Of a DNA stretch of 64,000 nucleotides, positions 1 through 13,700 are shown piece by piece (within the stretch, counting starts at the first letter, position 1; each line of letters begins with the position of its first letter). This DNA comes from Octopus bimaculoides (Eukaryota), in contig NC_068990.1 of assembly GCF_001194135.2 (NCBI RefSeq), positions 5,154,028-5,218,027 on the forward strand. Direction: 5' to 3'. The position numbers and the translations under genes were made by a program. The notes under the pieces are model-generated. The model did not search any database. It had not been told where the DNA came from and saw only the letters and a program-made list of their open reading frames with translations.

Positions 1-889
1 CGCTTAGGACATCTGGAAAAAATAATGTTAGTGGAGAACACAAATTTCAGAAATATGACCAACTCCAAAATTGCTTTTGTAAAATGTATATACCACAGCT
101 CGGCTTTATGCTGCTAACTTTTCCTCAGATCAGAAATTGTTTAGCTTAGCATTAGTTGCTTTGTTGAGAAAATGTTCTCAGTAATGAATGATACATATAG
201 ATAATAACAAAAACTTTTCTGCTCAATCATGACTCATTGGTCTGAAGGAATAGCATAAGGATAGTTCTTTAGTGATGAGAAGATCTCAAAATAAATTTTA
301 TGTCAATTCTTAAAAAGGAAAGGAATTACATAGTGTGCACTCAGAATGTTATGCTCCAAGACAAAACCAATAAACTTTATTCTTATTTTGCTGGGTGTTT
401 TTATTACTTTAAATTTCAAGTTTGTAAATATGGTTTTCTAAGCAGCAGTTTCTAACCACCACACCAATTGTAAAACATGTTTTGGGTCTGGTTATCTAAC
501 AGTAATAATAAGAGATTTAAAAGACTATATTTTACCCATATAACTGGTTCAATCTATAATTGACTTATCAATTTTTAACCAGTTGTAGTACAACTTTATC
601 GCTCCACTACTGCTTAAATCTCTCTGAGAGATTTAGAAATATTATATTTCTAATTTTGCTGATCAGTGAATTTTTAACCAATCTTGCTTTTTGTTTATCA
701 TGGCTTCTGCTCATTCCTACTTTGATTTGGAAAAGAACTTAAATGCAAGAGTGAGAAATCTAGTATAATTACTTTAACTTAATCTAAAGTTATGCACCTG
801 ATTTCTATTACTAAGCAACATAACAATGTATTAGTATCACAATGTCATGCCAAGCAAAATCGAAATCCATTACATTTATTACTGATTAG

Positions 890-1358
890 GGTTTTTGGTT
901 TGGACTGTAAAATTCAGGATAGGAGATTTCCAGCAGAGAATGTTCCACAGGAAAATCATGATGCTAAACCCAGCAAATTAAGCTTAGAGAAAAGACAACG
1001 GGTGATCAAACAATATCATCTTGAATTTTTGAGTGAAATTATAAAGCAGACTGATCAAAGAACTAATAATAAAAGCAAATCTGCAAAAATGAAATATGTA
1101 GAATACTTTGATCCAAATATTATTCATTTTCACACTGACCTAAGTTCACTGAAACCAACAGTCATTAATCAAGTAAAAAAAAAACGATGCAATGTGTGTG
1201 TAGTGGATAGCTCACCACTCAAATGTTTTCAATGGCATACAACATTGATAACAAGTCTTGACATCAAACATAGCCAATCAGTAAGTGTCATTCAGTTTGC
1301 AATTTTTACACGGACAGATCAAAGAACTTGTTCTGAAAATCAGCTCGCTGCCACATGA
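890..1358 (+). CDS. Probable terminal coding exon of an unidentified gene that begins upstream of the window
   Basis: Longest non-repetitive, gap-free ORF in the window (792-1358, 188 codons) in AT-rich DNA. Candidate acceptor ttactgattag|G at 889/890; frame VFGLDCKIQDRRFP...SENQLAAT*. Unique AT-rich sequence follows, consistent with a 3' UTR. No family recognised. Confidence 0.55.
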
Positions 1359-2264
1359 AGTTTACCATTACAACTAGTCAACAAGTGCTAAGAAGAGACT
1401 ACCATTTTCTGCCAGTTGAAATAGCTACTATCAACAGTATTTTGTAGTTTTTTTTCTTGCTTTCCCAGCTTTCTTGTAATTTTAAAAGAGCAGATTTTTC
1501 TTTGCTTCAAAGAATATTGTAGTAATTCCATGTCGTTCAAAATTATGGCCCTTCACATTCAATTTGACATATACAAACGATGAAAAATGCTCTCACATAT
1601 AGTGTTACGAAAACATTTTGACATGTACATGTTTCATGAAACACATTCTTGCATACATTCATTCATAATAACAATGGTATGCTACTGTCATGTTAAATTA
1701 TTGCTTGAAATATATTCTATTTGTGTTAATTGCTTCACATAATTTTGTAATTATGAACTTTTCCGTATTTCTGGTAGGTGAACTTGTATGCAAACTCATA
1801 CAAGTTTGCCATTGTGTTATTAATTGATGCTGTCTTATTCAGTATTGTATTTTTGAATATCATTCATTTTTGTCACAATTTATTGAAATTTTAACAAACC
1901 CAATTTTTTATATAAAGACTTTGATACACTGATTTCTAACATTAACATAAAGTTTGGTAGAAGGATGTAAGTTGAGTAAACTGAGAGATTTGCAGAATTG
2001 TTAGAAAGTCTGCCAAAATACTTAAAGTATATATTCTGTTTATACTACTGAGTTCAACTAAAGTGGCAGTTATGGAGTGAAGGTCAATTTAATATTTTTA
2101 TAATTTGTCCTAAGTGTGAATGGAATAACTATAGAAACTACTTCAAAATATGAAAGATTAAGTCAGAATCAGAGACACATTTTTTATACATATATTAAAA
2201 ATTGAACTCATGTTGTAAATGTCATAAAGAAGTCCTATTTTGCTTTAAATTATTTATCAAATAA

Positions 2265-2400
2265 GGGTTTCAAATTTTGGCAAAGGGTCAGCAGTTTTTG
2301 ACAGGTAGAAGGAAGTTGATTATGACCCCAGTACTTGACTAGTACTTTTTTTTATTGACCCCAAAAAGATGAAAGGCATAGGTTATATCAATTTGAACTT
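2265..2400 (-). mobile_element. SINE family C fragment (decayed)
   Basis: Reverse-complement similarity to the intact copy at 54107-54340 (CTTTCATC...GGGGTC-ATAAA...AGTAC). Confidence 0.55.
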
Positions 2401-2545
2401 ATTGGTGAGGGCCATCTACTTATGCATATCTTCTAACATCTTTGCCCCACAAATGGTACTTTAGGAAAGTTTCTCCCACTATAGCTCTTCGGGCCTTGTG
2501 AAAGAATCTGGTTAACATAAACTGAAAGAAACCCATTATATATAT

Positions 2546-2546
<1 letters not shown>

Positions 2547-2585
<39 letters not shown>
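2547..2585. repeat. (TG)n microsatellite
   Basis: Seen directly. Confidence 0.95.
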
Positions 2586-2586
<1 letters not shown>

Positions 2587-2684
2587 TTCTGCATTTAATC
2601 ATTTAAATTCTACCTCTGAAGAAAGAGCTGGTTTCTAACAAAGATACAAAACTCCATCTTTGGAATTTAGATAACAAAAACAAT

Positions 2685-3845
2685 GTCACATTTTAAACCT
2701 GAGAGAAGTCTTGCATAGTTTTACTGTTCCACTTACAGATTGTATTTGTAAGGTGCAAATCAGTTGGTTGATTTCCTTTTCTGGAAATCCAAGCTTATCT
2801 AGACTGGCCATCAGGCATTTACTGACAAAACCAAAATGCTTCAAATATTATTGGTATAAACATAAATTTGTAATCTGGATATATTGAACCTGGAGGCTTC
2901 AAAGCAGTTGTCCATAGTTATCTTCTTTCTTTGCAAAGAGATATTCACATCAGGCAGGACAGCTGACCTCTATGACAGTACATACTTTTTCTTGTCTATC
3001 CCAAACAGCAATATGTGCTTCCACTTGACAGATGTTTTGATGAGAATATTCCATCAGTGTTCCTTGTGCTGGTATTTGTTTATGTATTCAATAAATGGGG
3101 GATTCTCTGTATTTATTCATGAACTTTTTTTCCAAATAACATTGTATATTGTTTTTGCAACAACGTCATATAACATAGGGAGGTAGTACCTTCATGACAT
3201 TTTGGGGTGACTACTAATCACATGGGTGATATTTTCCACAAAAATATGACGTAATCTGCATTTACAGTTGCATCTTGGAAATCCAAGGACTTTACTGTCT
3301 CTTTTGTTGATTAGGTATTTAGTAGCAATAATTTCCTGTTCATGGATTGCAAATGCATAGCCTTCAAAGTGTGATGTAGCAGTAAACCAATCCAAAAGAG
3401 GCTTCACTTCATGTCAATGATAGTATCTTCTTCAAGTCTATGAGAAACATACCCATGCAATTCACCTCCAGGTCTTCTTTGAGGTATACTACTCCAACTG
3501 ATTTGGGGTTGTATGAAAGGTTGTTGGAAGAGAGCGCTTCTTGAGGAGCTCACTTCCAACATGTAGGAGATTGTTTTCTTCACTTTTCAGCATTGTTTAG
3601 CGAGTGCTGTCTGAGAGAGACTGTGTGATGTTCAAAGGCTGTCTGCACTGATCTCAAGCCCCTATCTCGTCTATCTCAGTTTAAGTAAAGCCTGTTGATA
3701 TCACTGTTTTGTGAAGATTTGCAGTTGATGTTAAAATCTTGCAGGTTTTAATGTCTATGGAGTGGATTTCTTCTACAGACCAGTCAAGTATCCCAAATGC
3801 TGGAATCAGCACTAGTACTGCAAATAAATGGTGGGATATTGTCTT
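2685..3845 (-). mobile_element. Degenerate 3' part of an RLE-type non-LTR retrotransposon (R4/Dong/NeSL-like)
   Basis: Minus-strand translation across frameshifts and stops gives FGILDWSVEEI..IDIKT, NSDINRLY..RGLRS, LHGYV, the zinc-knuckle remnant CKCRLRHIFVENITHVISS, and the endonuclease segment HIAVWDRQEKVCTVIEVSCPA, ending LDKLGFPEKEINQLI..SVSGTVK. Confidence 0.85.
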
Positions 3846-4004
3846 GTTGTAAGAGGAGAGTTCACATGTACATGTGTATGTGTATATACATATATAAGTG
3901 TATGTGTGCATGTTTGTGTGTTATTCTCTCTTTTCCTTGATATTGTGCAATGTCAGTCTGAGACATGTCTGTCATGGGGAAACATTACCTTACTCAGAAA
4001 CAGG

Positions 4005-4110
4005 TGTGGATTGGCGACAGGAAGGGCTTCCAGGTGTAGAATACCTGCTCCAATGAATTCCATTTGATCCATGCAAGCATAGAAAAAGTGGACATTAAAC
4101 ACTGATCCTG
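4005..4110 (+). mobile_element. SINE 3' fragment related to family B
   Basis: TGGCGACAGGAAGGGCTTCCAG...CCATGCAAGCATAGAAAAAGTGGACATTAAA resembles the family B tail. Confidence 0.6.
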
Positions 4111-5451
4111 ATCACAATGAAATTTTCTAACAATACTCCTATTATTGAATAGCATTGACTGACATGGAACAGACCATTGATAGTTCACATATAAATCAAA
4201 CACTAACTGAAAGATTATAAACATTGTCAGTTTACAATTTTCCATATTTTTTCCACAAAGCAATTGTCTTGGTTGTTTGCTTTCTTCACTTTTAGCATCT
4301 CTATACAACTCCATTGATTGCACATTTCAATGGTTGCAATGACATATTGCAGCAAACACTCTTCTTGTTATTTGGAAAATTTTCAGTTCTCTTTTTAAAA
4401 AAATGCAGAAAAGCATCCATTCTAATTTCTTCAATAATTCCATTCTTGCTGAATTCAATTTTTTTATTTTTCAAAACTAGAAATCAAAATAGCGACCTGC
4501 TGCTTGGAATTCACAATTCGATTTTAATTTTTGTGTTAAGATTTCTTTGTAGAAAGAGAGAAAACTTTTCTGTTTCTCTTTCTTTTCAGTTTCATTTCAT
4601 TAATTTGATTGTCATCTCTTTTATCTACCTATATTGACCAAATACAACATAAAAAATAAGAACTGATGAATGGAATTCAGAAACTGAAATTTAAAAAAAT
4701 TTTGAAAAAATATGTCCTGTGTTTAAAACATAATTAACAAAAAGATTGAAATGATGTTAAAAATTAGCAAATTACTGCAAGAGAGAGGTTCACAAAGTTA
4801 AAAAATTGATGCTTCAAATATTTTCTTTCCAAAATATTTAAAACATATAATTGCAAAGAAAAGGAAAAAATGTGTAAAAGTTACAGCAGTTTCAGTAATC
4901 TTTAGCAGGTATAGGTCAATATTAGTTTTAAAGTCTATTTTCTGATATTGTGTATGAATTTTTTGTCAAAATTAAGCATGCCATTTTTAAAATCTTGATT
5001 GGTACATATTGTTTCTGCTATTGTTGATATTAATTTTGTTGTTATTGCTACCTTTGCTTTTTGGGGGATTCCAGTTGTTGCAACCGCTGTCAATCAATGT
5101 TCTTTTTTTCTTTTTGTGTCTCCCTATTCATCTCTGAGAAAGTTACTGGAAATTAAATGCTTTGTTCCTGGGACCTGTTAGCACTGTGGAAATATTTGTT
5201 GTTTTCATTCTCAACCAATCAATCTTCGACATGGTTGAATAACTAATCCCAGCTAGTTAGGATCCACAATACAGGCTGTACTATTCATTTTTTTTTATCA
5301 TTGGGTACAAATTTTCCTGGGTCACCATCTTGCTCTTGCATGCCAACCCATCACAAGATTGCCCATTTACAGCTGAGTGGACTGGTGCAGTAGGAAATGA
5401 AGTGTTTTGCTCAAGAACATAATGCACCATCCTTTTTTCTGCAAGTGTGTG

Positions 5452-5640
5452 AGAGAGGGGGGAAGAGAGGGGAGAGAAAGAGAGAGAGAGGGGGAGAGAG
5501 AAAGAGAGAGAGGGGATAGAGAAAGAGAGATAGGGGAGAAAGAGAGAGAGGGGGGATAGAGAAAGAGAGATAGGGGAGAAAGAGAGAGAGAGGGGGAGAG
5601 AGAAAGAGAGAGATGGGGAGAGAGTAAGAGAGAGAGAGAG
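5452..5640. repeat. Purine-rich (GA) low-complexity tract with ~38-bp higher-order repeats
   Basis: Almost all G/A; the unit GGGGATAGAGAAAGAGAGATAGGGGAGAAAGAGAGAGAG recurs. Confidence 0.9.
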
Positions 5641-5713
5641 TGTGTATGTGTGAGCACATGCATGCAAATGCTTTTGTGTATGCCATAGATTCTGTAGAAG
5701 GTGTGAATAGTTA

Positions 5714-5890
5714 TGAGGGAGTGCTGAAAAGTTCTTGTCTTTAACGGTGTTGTGAAAGGCCTGTTTGCAGGCCCAACCATCTGAGTTTTTTTTACAGGGC
5801 TAAGAAAACTGAAGGACCACTGCAATAAGTGAGTCTGAGAAGGGGAATATGTTGAATAAAATCATAATTAACTGATGATCTTATATTTTT
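5714..5890 (+). mobile_element. Mariner-derived MITE, right end truncated
   Basis: TA followed by the terminal inverted repeat (TIR) TGAGGGAGTGCTGAAAAGTTC; body matches 38890-39108 and 53382-53600. Confidence 0.8.
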
Positions 5891-6386
5891 CAGGGTGTGT
5901 GTGCTTGTATGTATAGATATTGAAATTCAGTTGCTTAATTTGTTTTTGGATTGGTAGAGATCAAACTACAATTTAATGACTCGTGATCTTTCATTGTAAT
6001 AGCTCAAAGAAAGAAGGAATAAGGCATTTGGCTGCAATGAACAATACTTCTAACAATCACATGCAAAGCATATAAACTTGCATGAAACACAGAGATGTGC
6101 ATTTATTAACAAACCTATGTATGCTTGCTAACGCATCAGTGTCTGTTTTCTAATCAAACACACACCAATGTATATTTATCAACCTATACGTCTACAATAT
6201 TTTTTCTTCTAGGAGGGCATGGTAGTGAAGGCAGTCTAACATGTCCACCACAGTATCTCATTGACACTGCATTTATCGGCCAACTTTTTTAAAATGCACG
6301 TTCATGATGGTATAGATCTGCAACATATAGGTATGTACTTATATGTAGCAAGATGTAAGCATATGGTGGTATGTGTCAATCAAGAT

Positions 6387-6414
<28 letters not shown>

Positions 6415-6449
<35 letters not shown>

Positions 6450-6580
6450 GTTTAACGACGTCCGCTTTCCATGCTAGCATGGGTTGGACGATTTGACTGA
6501 GGACTGGTGAAACCGGATGGCAACACCAGGCTCCAATCTGATTTGGCAGAGTTTCTACAGCTGGATGCCCTTCCTAACGC
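6415..6580 (-). mobile_element. SINE family B 3' part with (CAT)n tail
   Basis: (CAT)n-CGTTTAACG..TCCGCTTTCCATGCTAGCATGGGTTGGACG...CTTCCTAACGCCA; near-identical to 22138-22333 and 51382-51690. Confidence 0.85.
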
Positions 6581-6890
6581 CACACATAAAAAATGCAAAA
6601 TGGGACAAGAATGCAAAACATCCAGACAGTTAGGTGATACAAAAAAGGGACAACAAAACATCCAGACAGACGATACAAAGAAAACAAGGACGGGTCATTC
6701 TGAGATGATTCTTAATCAATAATTGATGAGGGATGATCATATCCTTTGTATGTTTTTTCATTTTTTCTGTATGTTCCTTCATTGCCCTCTTGTATCACAC
6801 TTTACAACATATTTAAGTGTGTGTATCATGTGTTAATATGACAGCATGTATCTATTTATCTTTCAATCTGTTTATCTGTCTGTCTTTCTG

Positions 6891-6931
<41 letters not shown>

Positions 6932-7534
6932 TATAATTCATGCACAATTTTTGTAAACTTTGATGATGAAAGTAAAATTTTCATTGATTAACATTGCCAA
7001 AAATTCTGTTTAATGATGTATTGCTGACTGCCTAATAATGATAGTTGGTTAACTTTAAAATATCCGCATCTGTTTATGAAGTTTAGATTATACAGCAAAC
7101 TTTTCTTCAAGTATGAAATGAAATGTTATTGTATACTTTAACTGGTGCACAGTGAAAGTTTATGATCTCAGAATTATAATCCCTTTGATCATCCATAAAT
7201 TATATCATATCAGTAAATCTACAGACCATAGCAACTACATGAATTATTTAATAGAAAAGTAGGAATTTAGTTCTGAAGTTTATTTCAATTAATAATCATT
7301 CTACTCTTTTTTGTTGTTTTTATTGTTTAGCACCAAGTGTGCTTTGATTGAACAAACCCATGATCAAAGGCTTTCAAGTTGTGACAATTCCAGCCTTGTC
7401 TCTTTTTTTAATGTTTTTGTAGAGGCAGTTCAATCTGGACGACGTTATTTTATAAATATATCCTTAAAGATAGCATGGTGTAGTTTAACAGAGATATAGC
7501 TGTTATTTCCAACATATAGAGTAACTATATAGAG

Positions 7535-7864
7535 CAGGGCTGGCCAACCTGAGGCCCATAGGCTGCATGAGGCCTGCAGACTTTTATCTTCTGACCCGCT
7601 TGATACTTTCTTGAAATGGATTTATGTAAACAAACAATTTTAAAATGTTATCAAAAATTAAAGCTTGTAATGAAAAGTAAAAAAGAAAGATACTATTGTT
7701 TTTGCAATGATAATGTTTCATGTTTAATCAACGATCATTCATTCATTATTGTAATATTAGCATGAGAAAGCAAAATGCGTTTGATTCTGTTGTATACAGG
7801 CCATCCTCAAAAAACTTTCTGTGATTAAAGTGGCCCACAATGTAATTTGAGTTGGCCAGGCCTG
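7535..7864. mobile_element. hAT-superfamily MITE (330 bp)
   Basis: TIRs CAGGGCTGGCCAAC / GTTGGCCAGGCCTG (13/14 match) and an exact 8-bp TSD ATATAGAG at 7527-7534 and 7865-7872. Confidence 0.9.
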
Positions 7865-7900
7865 ATATAGAGCTATTTTCATTGAAAGAACACTACTTAA

Positions 7901-7951
<51 letters not shown>

Positions 7952-8119
7952 CATACATACATATATAGGCATATGCACTACATGTTTCCTCAGTTTCCAC
8001 TTTCTAAATTCACTCAGAAGGCATTAGTTGGCCAATGACTATAGTGGAAGACATTTACTTAAGATGGCTTTTGGTGTGACTAAATCACAATCCACATGGT
8101 TTCAAGCAATGTTGTATGA

Positions 8120-8127
8120 ATGTGTGT

Positions 8128-8217
<90 letters not shown>
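8120..8217. repeat. Long (TG)n microsatellite
   Basis: Seen directly. A (CA)n tract also lies at ~7903-7950 and (TA)n tracts at ~8670-8760. Confidence 0.95.
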
Positions 8218-8219
<2 letters not shown>

Positions 8220-8713
8220 TTGTGTGCATCATTGTTTATGTTCTATAATTTAGTATATGGCTAATAGATACTGAAATGATAAGTAGCAAATTTTAAAATG
8301 TTCTGGAGTCAATATAATGAACTAAAAACTCTTTCAGTTGGCACCCTCCACATAACCACTGTCAAATGGACTGAAACAAATAAAATAATACGAATATATG
8401 ACAGACATATGGATTAGATGATCTAACTGCCGAGTATTTCATAGCATTATTGTGTTAAGTATAAATTTGTTCAAGCAGTTGTAGAGTGGAAGTGGCAACC
8501 ATTTCATCATATATTTCCTAAAAGCTTAATATTCCCATCACAAAAAGTGTCAATAGTGTTAATCACCCATTGTTAAACACATCCAATCAGGAAAGGTTAA
8601 GTAATTTATTGATATCATAAGCTATCTAAAATGAAATGTATGTATGTATGGATGGATGGATTGATGTCATATATATATATATATATATATTGAGCAATAT
8701 ATATATATGATGA

Positions 8714-8761
<48 letters not shown>

Positions 8762-9244
8762 AGAGAATACTTGCAAATGATTCAACTTCTTGAAATATTA
8801 AATTTGTAGAATTGACATAACTTAATTGAGTAAAACATTATTTCGAGAGCAGTAACTCCTTCAAATAAAAATGTAACTGAAATCTGATTCAAATACACAT
8901 CTAAAAAGAAGTATTGAAGATTTCAGGAATACAATGCTTTCTTAATGCTGTAAATGTCTGTATTTATTTTATTCACTTCAGAAGGAATGAATGGCACAGA
9001 TAACCTCAGAGGGACTCACAATCATAATATAAAACAGTGCAACTAAATGCCACATGAGTCTAACTAATTCCAGCCAACTGAAGAAATAATATTGACCTTA
9101 GAAATAATCATAAGAACAGTGACGTTTAGAAATTAGATATTCAAAGGTCATACTGCTTTGTTGTTGGTGAAGCAGAAGCCAGGTTTTGTAGTTAATATGT
9201 ATAGCTCTTTGGATCAACTCTATTATAATCCAACAATATAATGG

Positions 9245-9500
9245 TTTGAGTGTTGCACTCAGATTGCAAGATCATGGTTTCGATTCCAGATTGACAGTGT
9301 GATGTGTTCTTGAGCAAAACATTTCATTTCATGTTGCTCCAGTGCACTCACTTGAAAATGGGTAATGCTGCCATGGAATGGTGTTTGGTTTAAAGAGAAT
9401 ATTGGCCTGATTGCCTGCCTAGCCAACGGGGTGACATCATTTGAAAGCTACAACAATGTAAGGAAGTGCATTGTGACCAGCAGTGAATAACAAAATTTTA
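9245..9500 (+). mobile_element. SINE family D (tRNA-like head), decayed
   Basis: B-box-like GGTTTCGATTCC followed by the core GTTCTTGAGCAAAACATTTCATTTCATGTTGCTCCAG. Confidence 0.7.
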
Positions 9501-9534
9501 TAGTCTAGTTAATAGATAAAGTTAGGTAATATTA

Positions 9535-9772
9535 GCCTCTTGAGTGGTACTGACTCATGAGGGCTGGTTTTCCTAGTTTCATGGCATGTATATTCCCCAC
9601 ATGGATGGGATGCCAGTCCATCACAGGATTACTCATTTTTACCATTTCAACAGACAATGTGAATTGAAGTATTTTGCTCAACAACATGTGTTGCTTGGCT
9701 CAGGAATCAAAACCACAATCTTATGATCATGAGTCCAACAACTACTAAGACACGTGCCTTCCCAATCGCCTA
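9535..9772 (-). mobile_element. SINE family D, decayed
   Basis: Reverse complement of the subfamily at 41467-41715 and 45607-45840. Confidence 0.7.
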
Positions 9773-9974
9773 GTCAATGCAGATAACTGCATTTATTTGA
9801 CTGTTTCTGAATTCACTTCCATGAAGGTCCAACTCAGAAATTCGAATAATAAAATATTTCCTCTGTTGTTTTATTGTTTCTGTCAGCTTTCCAGATTAGA
9901 TGATAGTGAGATTGAAAAGACTTACTTAAGATGTGTGGTTCAAAGATTATCATATTTCATCCACTCTTTCATCT

Positions 9975-10193
9975 TTTCTTTTATTTGTTTCATTCATTAT
10001 ACTCTGGCCATGCTGGGGCACCACCTTGAAGAATTTTAGTTGAATGAATCCACTGCAGTACTTATTTTTATAAAGCCTGGTACTTATTCTATCAGCCTCT
10101 TTTGCCAAACCACTAAGTTAAGGGGATGTAGACACACCAACACCGGTTCTCAAAGGGTGGGGTGGGGGACAAACATGGACACAAAGACACACG

Positions 10194-10246
<53 letters not shown>

Positions 10247-10410
10247 GTATATACGGTGAGCTTTGATCAGTTTCTGTCTACCAAATCCACACACAAGGCT
10301 TTGGTAGGCCTGAGGCTATAGTAGAAGACACTTGCCCAAGGTGTTATGCAGTGGGACTGAACCAGAACCGCATAGATAGATAGTAAACTCCCTACCACAT
10401 AGCACCACTG
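9975..10410 (-). mobile_element. SINE family A (tRNA-like head, central microsatellite)
   Basis: GGCCATGCTGGGGCACCACC...(CA)n...CTACCAAATCCAC...GCAGTGGGACTGAACC; matches 24395-24765. Confidence 0.85.
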
Positions 10411-12439
10411 TTCATAAAGTAAAAAATATTCTCTCTGGACGTTAGGTTGCATTCTAGACCAAGGCACATTAGTCTTTATATGTAAAATGTATACGTTTCA
10501 TTTGAGTTCCTGTTATGGAATGTATCCTACTATAAACCCGTAGACATAGAGGCACCTGGTGCCTGCATAATTAAGAAGTCATTTCATTAGTTTACAGGCT
10601 AGAACTGAGGGCCTCCATGGACTACATTCTAAGTGAATAGATTCTATCTTTTGAATTATTGGATAAGCAACATAAAACAGAAATAGCTTTCCTGTCAAAA
10701 TGAGTTTGAAATTTGGTTCCCAATTGTAGCTATCTTGCTTCATTTTCATCTCATCTCTGGTTTTCTTGGAAATGCTATGAACATTGATTGTGTAGCATTA
10801 ATTTCCCCCAAGAAACACCAACTTTTATTCTTCACCAAAGAAAGAAGCTACTTCAGTGTGTTTGCCCAAAGACACCGTTATATCATAAAAAATTATGGCA
10901 TTAATTATATACAGTACCAAAAGACAACAAAACAGTTGTTAATTGAATACAATAAAAAAAATTCATATTATGAAATATCTGAAAGTGTTTCTGTTATAAT
11001 CCTTTTATTTATAATCATATATAATAGCAAGAATACAATTGTGGTTAGTCTTGACAGGAATTAGTTTTCATAAAAACTGATGTTTGTTATTGAAGAGAAA
11101 AATCAATTTAATACCTAGGGCCTATCACTAGAGAAATTTTTTCCTCAAACATTGGATAATTCTTTTTGTAACACTATACTGAAATACCTTAGAAGTTTTG
11201 CTTTATATTTATAATTCAAATAATTTTCTTCGAACTCTTTTTCTGAATAATTATTAATGTTTGCAGCTCAGTCCCTATTAGAACCTGCCTGAAATGTTGG
11301 ACATCACAGGGGCAAGTTGATGAAATATTGTCATGTTAGCTATTGAGCAGTAGGATAATTTATTCCTCTGCAGATCAAAAGAGATGAGCAATGAATGGAA
11401 GTAGTGCTCTCTGGACACAAATTTTGGGTTGACCAAGGTTGGGTCACTTCGGCAAAAGTATTTGGTTTTTGACATTACTGGTCATGTGTCCAGTTATTTC
11501 AGAGGACAATGTATGAAAAGATATTCCAATGAAACTGACTACCAAGAGTTTTATAATAATTCATAAAAGGAACCAAATAGATGCTATCAGTATTAATACC
11601 ACTCCAAAATAACAGGTTAAATTGACTGTATATTACAATAATATTTTAAGACATTATGCTCTAAGTTTGGGACATAACATTTAAAGTTCAGATTGTTCCA
11701 GAGTTGATAATTAAAAGTACTAATGATATACTGAGATAATTTGGTTAATTAAAACTGTTGCCTTTAAAACTTGTTTCAGGCCAAGTCAAAATTTATCAAA
11801 ATTATTGCGCCATGTGGTAAATGCTTTTAATAAAGATTGGAACCACCTGAGTCAGGTGATTTACCTGGACTAATAAAACACATTGGTCTTTAGCCAACTC
11901 AAATATCTCATCTGTGCATGTCACATCTACAGATGATAGCAGTAGTTTGCTAACTGAACTGGTTGATCTTCACTGTCGACAGTTTGTGGTATGTTCATCA
12001 GCTCAGCATTTAGAGATATTCACCATTGACGCCATAAGTTCACCCATTAAAATAGTTCACATCTACCATGCTGCACCCATGATTTCAATGTATCCTGGCT
12101 TGGATGGTTACATGCTATCTAACCCATAGATAGTACACCTGAGAGGTGCTACTACTCCAAGCCAAGAGGTGGTTCTACATTTCTCAAAACGCTGGAAATC
12201 CTGAATCAGAGATCCACTATCAGATGCAGTTTAAAGTCATACCGAAGTAGCAAATCATAGTCCATTGTGAAGTCTTAGTGCCAAGAGAAGGCTTTTTTTA
12301 CTTGGAATGATAAAGATCTTTAACTCATTTACTGCGGAAATCTGATATATCCGTTTAAAATCTCATTACCCTTAACTGCAGGAAGCAGTTTTATTCAATC
12401 TATCTTTTGTAGAAGAACATCATGTTTGAAATTGTTTTT

Positions 12440-12890
12440 TTTAGCTATGATATGAGAAACATGACTTGCAGAGAGTATTATTATTGTGGTCCCATTCCAA
12501 CCCAGGTTGCAACAACAAAGTCCACCTACCGCACTTCTCAGACGATCATCACTGCCTCAAGGTCCTGGATACATTCTAAGCCAATGTCTTCAATCAAGCT
12601 GTCAATATATGACAACGTCGACTAAATTAGATGCTTCCAGTTCAGGATGGTGCTTGTGGTGACCAGATAATCACAGCTGACTTTGCTTAATCTTCTTGCT
12701 AATTTTTGGCAGGTCTCCATAAAAGCATTCACTTGTCATATGTTGCTGCCATTTTACATCTAGGGCCATTTGTAGCATCATTGTATAGCATCCATATAGG
12801 CCACTTGATCATTACTTTGTCAGTGTCCATATTTCACTGCCATATAACAGTACTGATTCTACAGTTGCAATGAACAGCTTAAATTTTAAA
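12440..12890 (-). mobile_element. Degenerate RTE-clade LINE, reverse transcriptase (RT) C-terminal remnant
   Basis: Minus strand reads KLFIATVESVLLYGSEIWTLTK, typical of the RTE RT C-terminus; many stops downstream. Confidence 0.7.
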
Positions 12891-13544
12891 AAAATGTTTT
12901 GCAGAAATTACCAATTCTATTTTTTTGGTAGATATTTAACTACTAGAATAACAATGAAAGTTAATTTTGCAGTTAAAGGGTTTAGAAAAGTTTGAGCAAA
13001 ACATATTCACCTTTCTTTCAACTTAAAACTACTTTCATACCATACTGAAAGAAACTTATTACCAACTCGTCATAACATTCATACATCCTCTGAGCTTTAA
13101 ACTTAGCATTTCTTTTTGGGTCAAAACATAGGATAGAAATTGTAAGAGAAAAATGTTTAGCACTGATATCAGCTGTAATTTGATTGAGTAGGTCTCAAAA
13201 TTAGATTTCCCTTCATTTCAAACAACTCATTCAATATTATCAAAAATATGAAATAGTTTTCTCGTTTCAGCCAACCCAAATTTCCTTTTCTCTTCACAAA
13301 AAGTTTTCTCAGTGAATAAGATGAATCTGTCTACACCTAATTAGTGTTACCTTCAGAGCTATGCATTTATTTGATTTATTTATTTATTTTTTTACTTTAT
13401 ATAAACATGAAAACTCAGATTTGAAAAGATAAGGAATAGGAAGTTCAAAACTTTATATTTTTCTACTGAAAATTATAGTATTACTCCATTTGTCAGTGTG
13501 CAAACTTCACCCCCACCACTCTCTCTTCAAACACACATTCAGAT

Positions 13545-13670
<126 letters not shown>

Positions 13671-13700
13671 AGAAATTAATATGACAACAGAATAACAAAT

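Noticed and set aside
1781-1806. 10-bp stem hairpin in the putative 3' UTR
   Set aside because: Within chance expectation for AT-rich DNA; no recognisable SECIS, IRE or histone stem-loop features.
3994-4690. Coding-looking minus-strand stretch with an acceptor-like site at ~4684
   Set aside because: All frames are interrupted and no family is recognisable.
5281-5825. SLSLS/IYIY/CVCV/HTHT-type ORFs throughout the window
   Set aside because: Translations of microsatellite or purine tracts, not proteins.
6507-6722. Repeated MKPDGNTRLQSDLAEFLQLDALPNA ORFs (also at 21932 and 51458)
   Set aside because: Antisense reading of SINE family B, not a gene family.
11844-11858. Palindrome CACCTGAGTCAGGTG (AP-1 site flanked by E-boxes)
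   Set aside because: Arms of 7 bp are expected a few times by chance in 64 kb; no supporting context.
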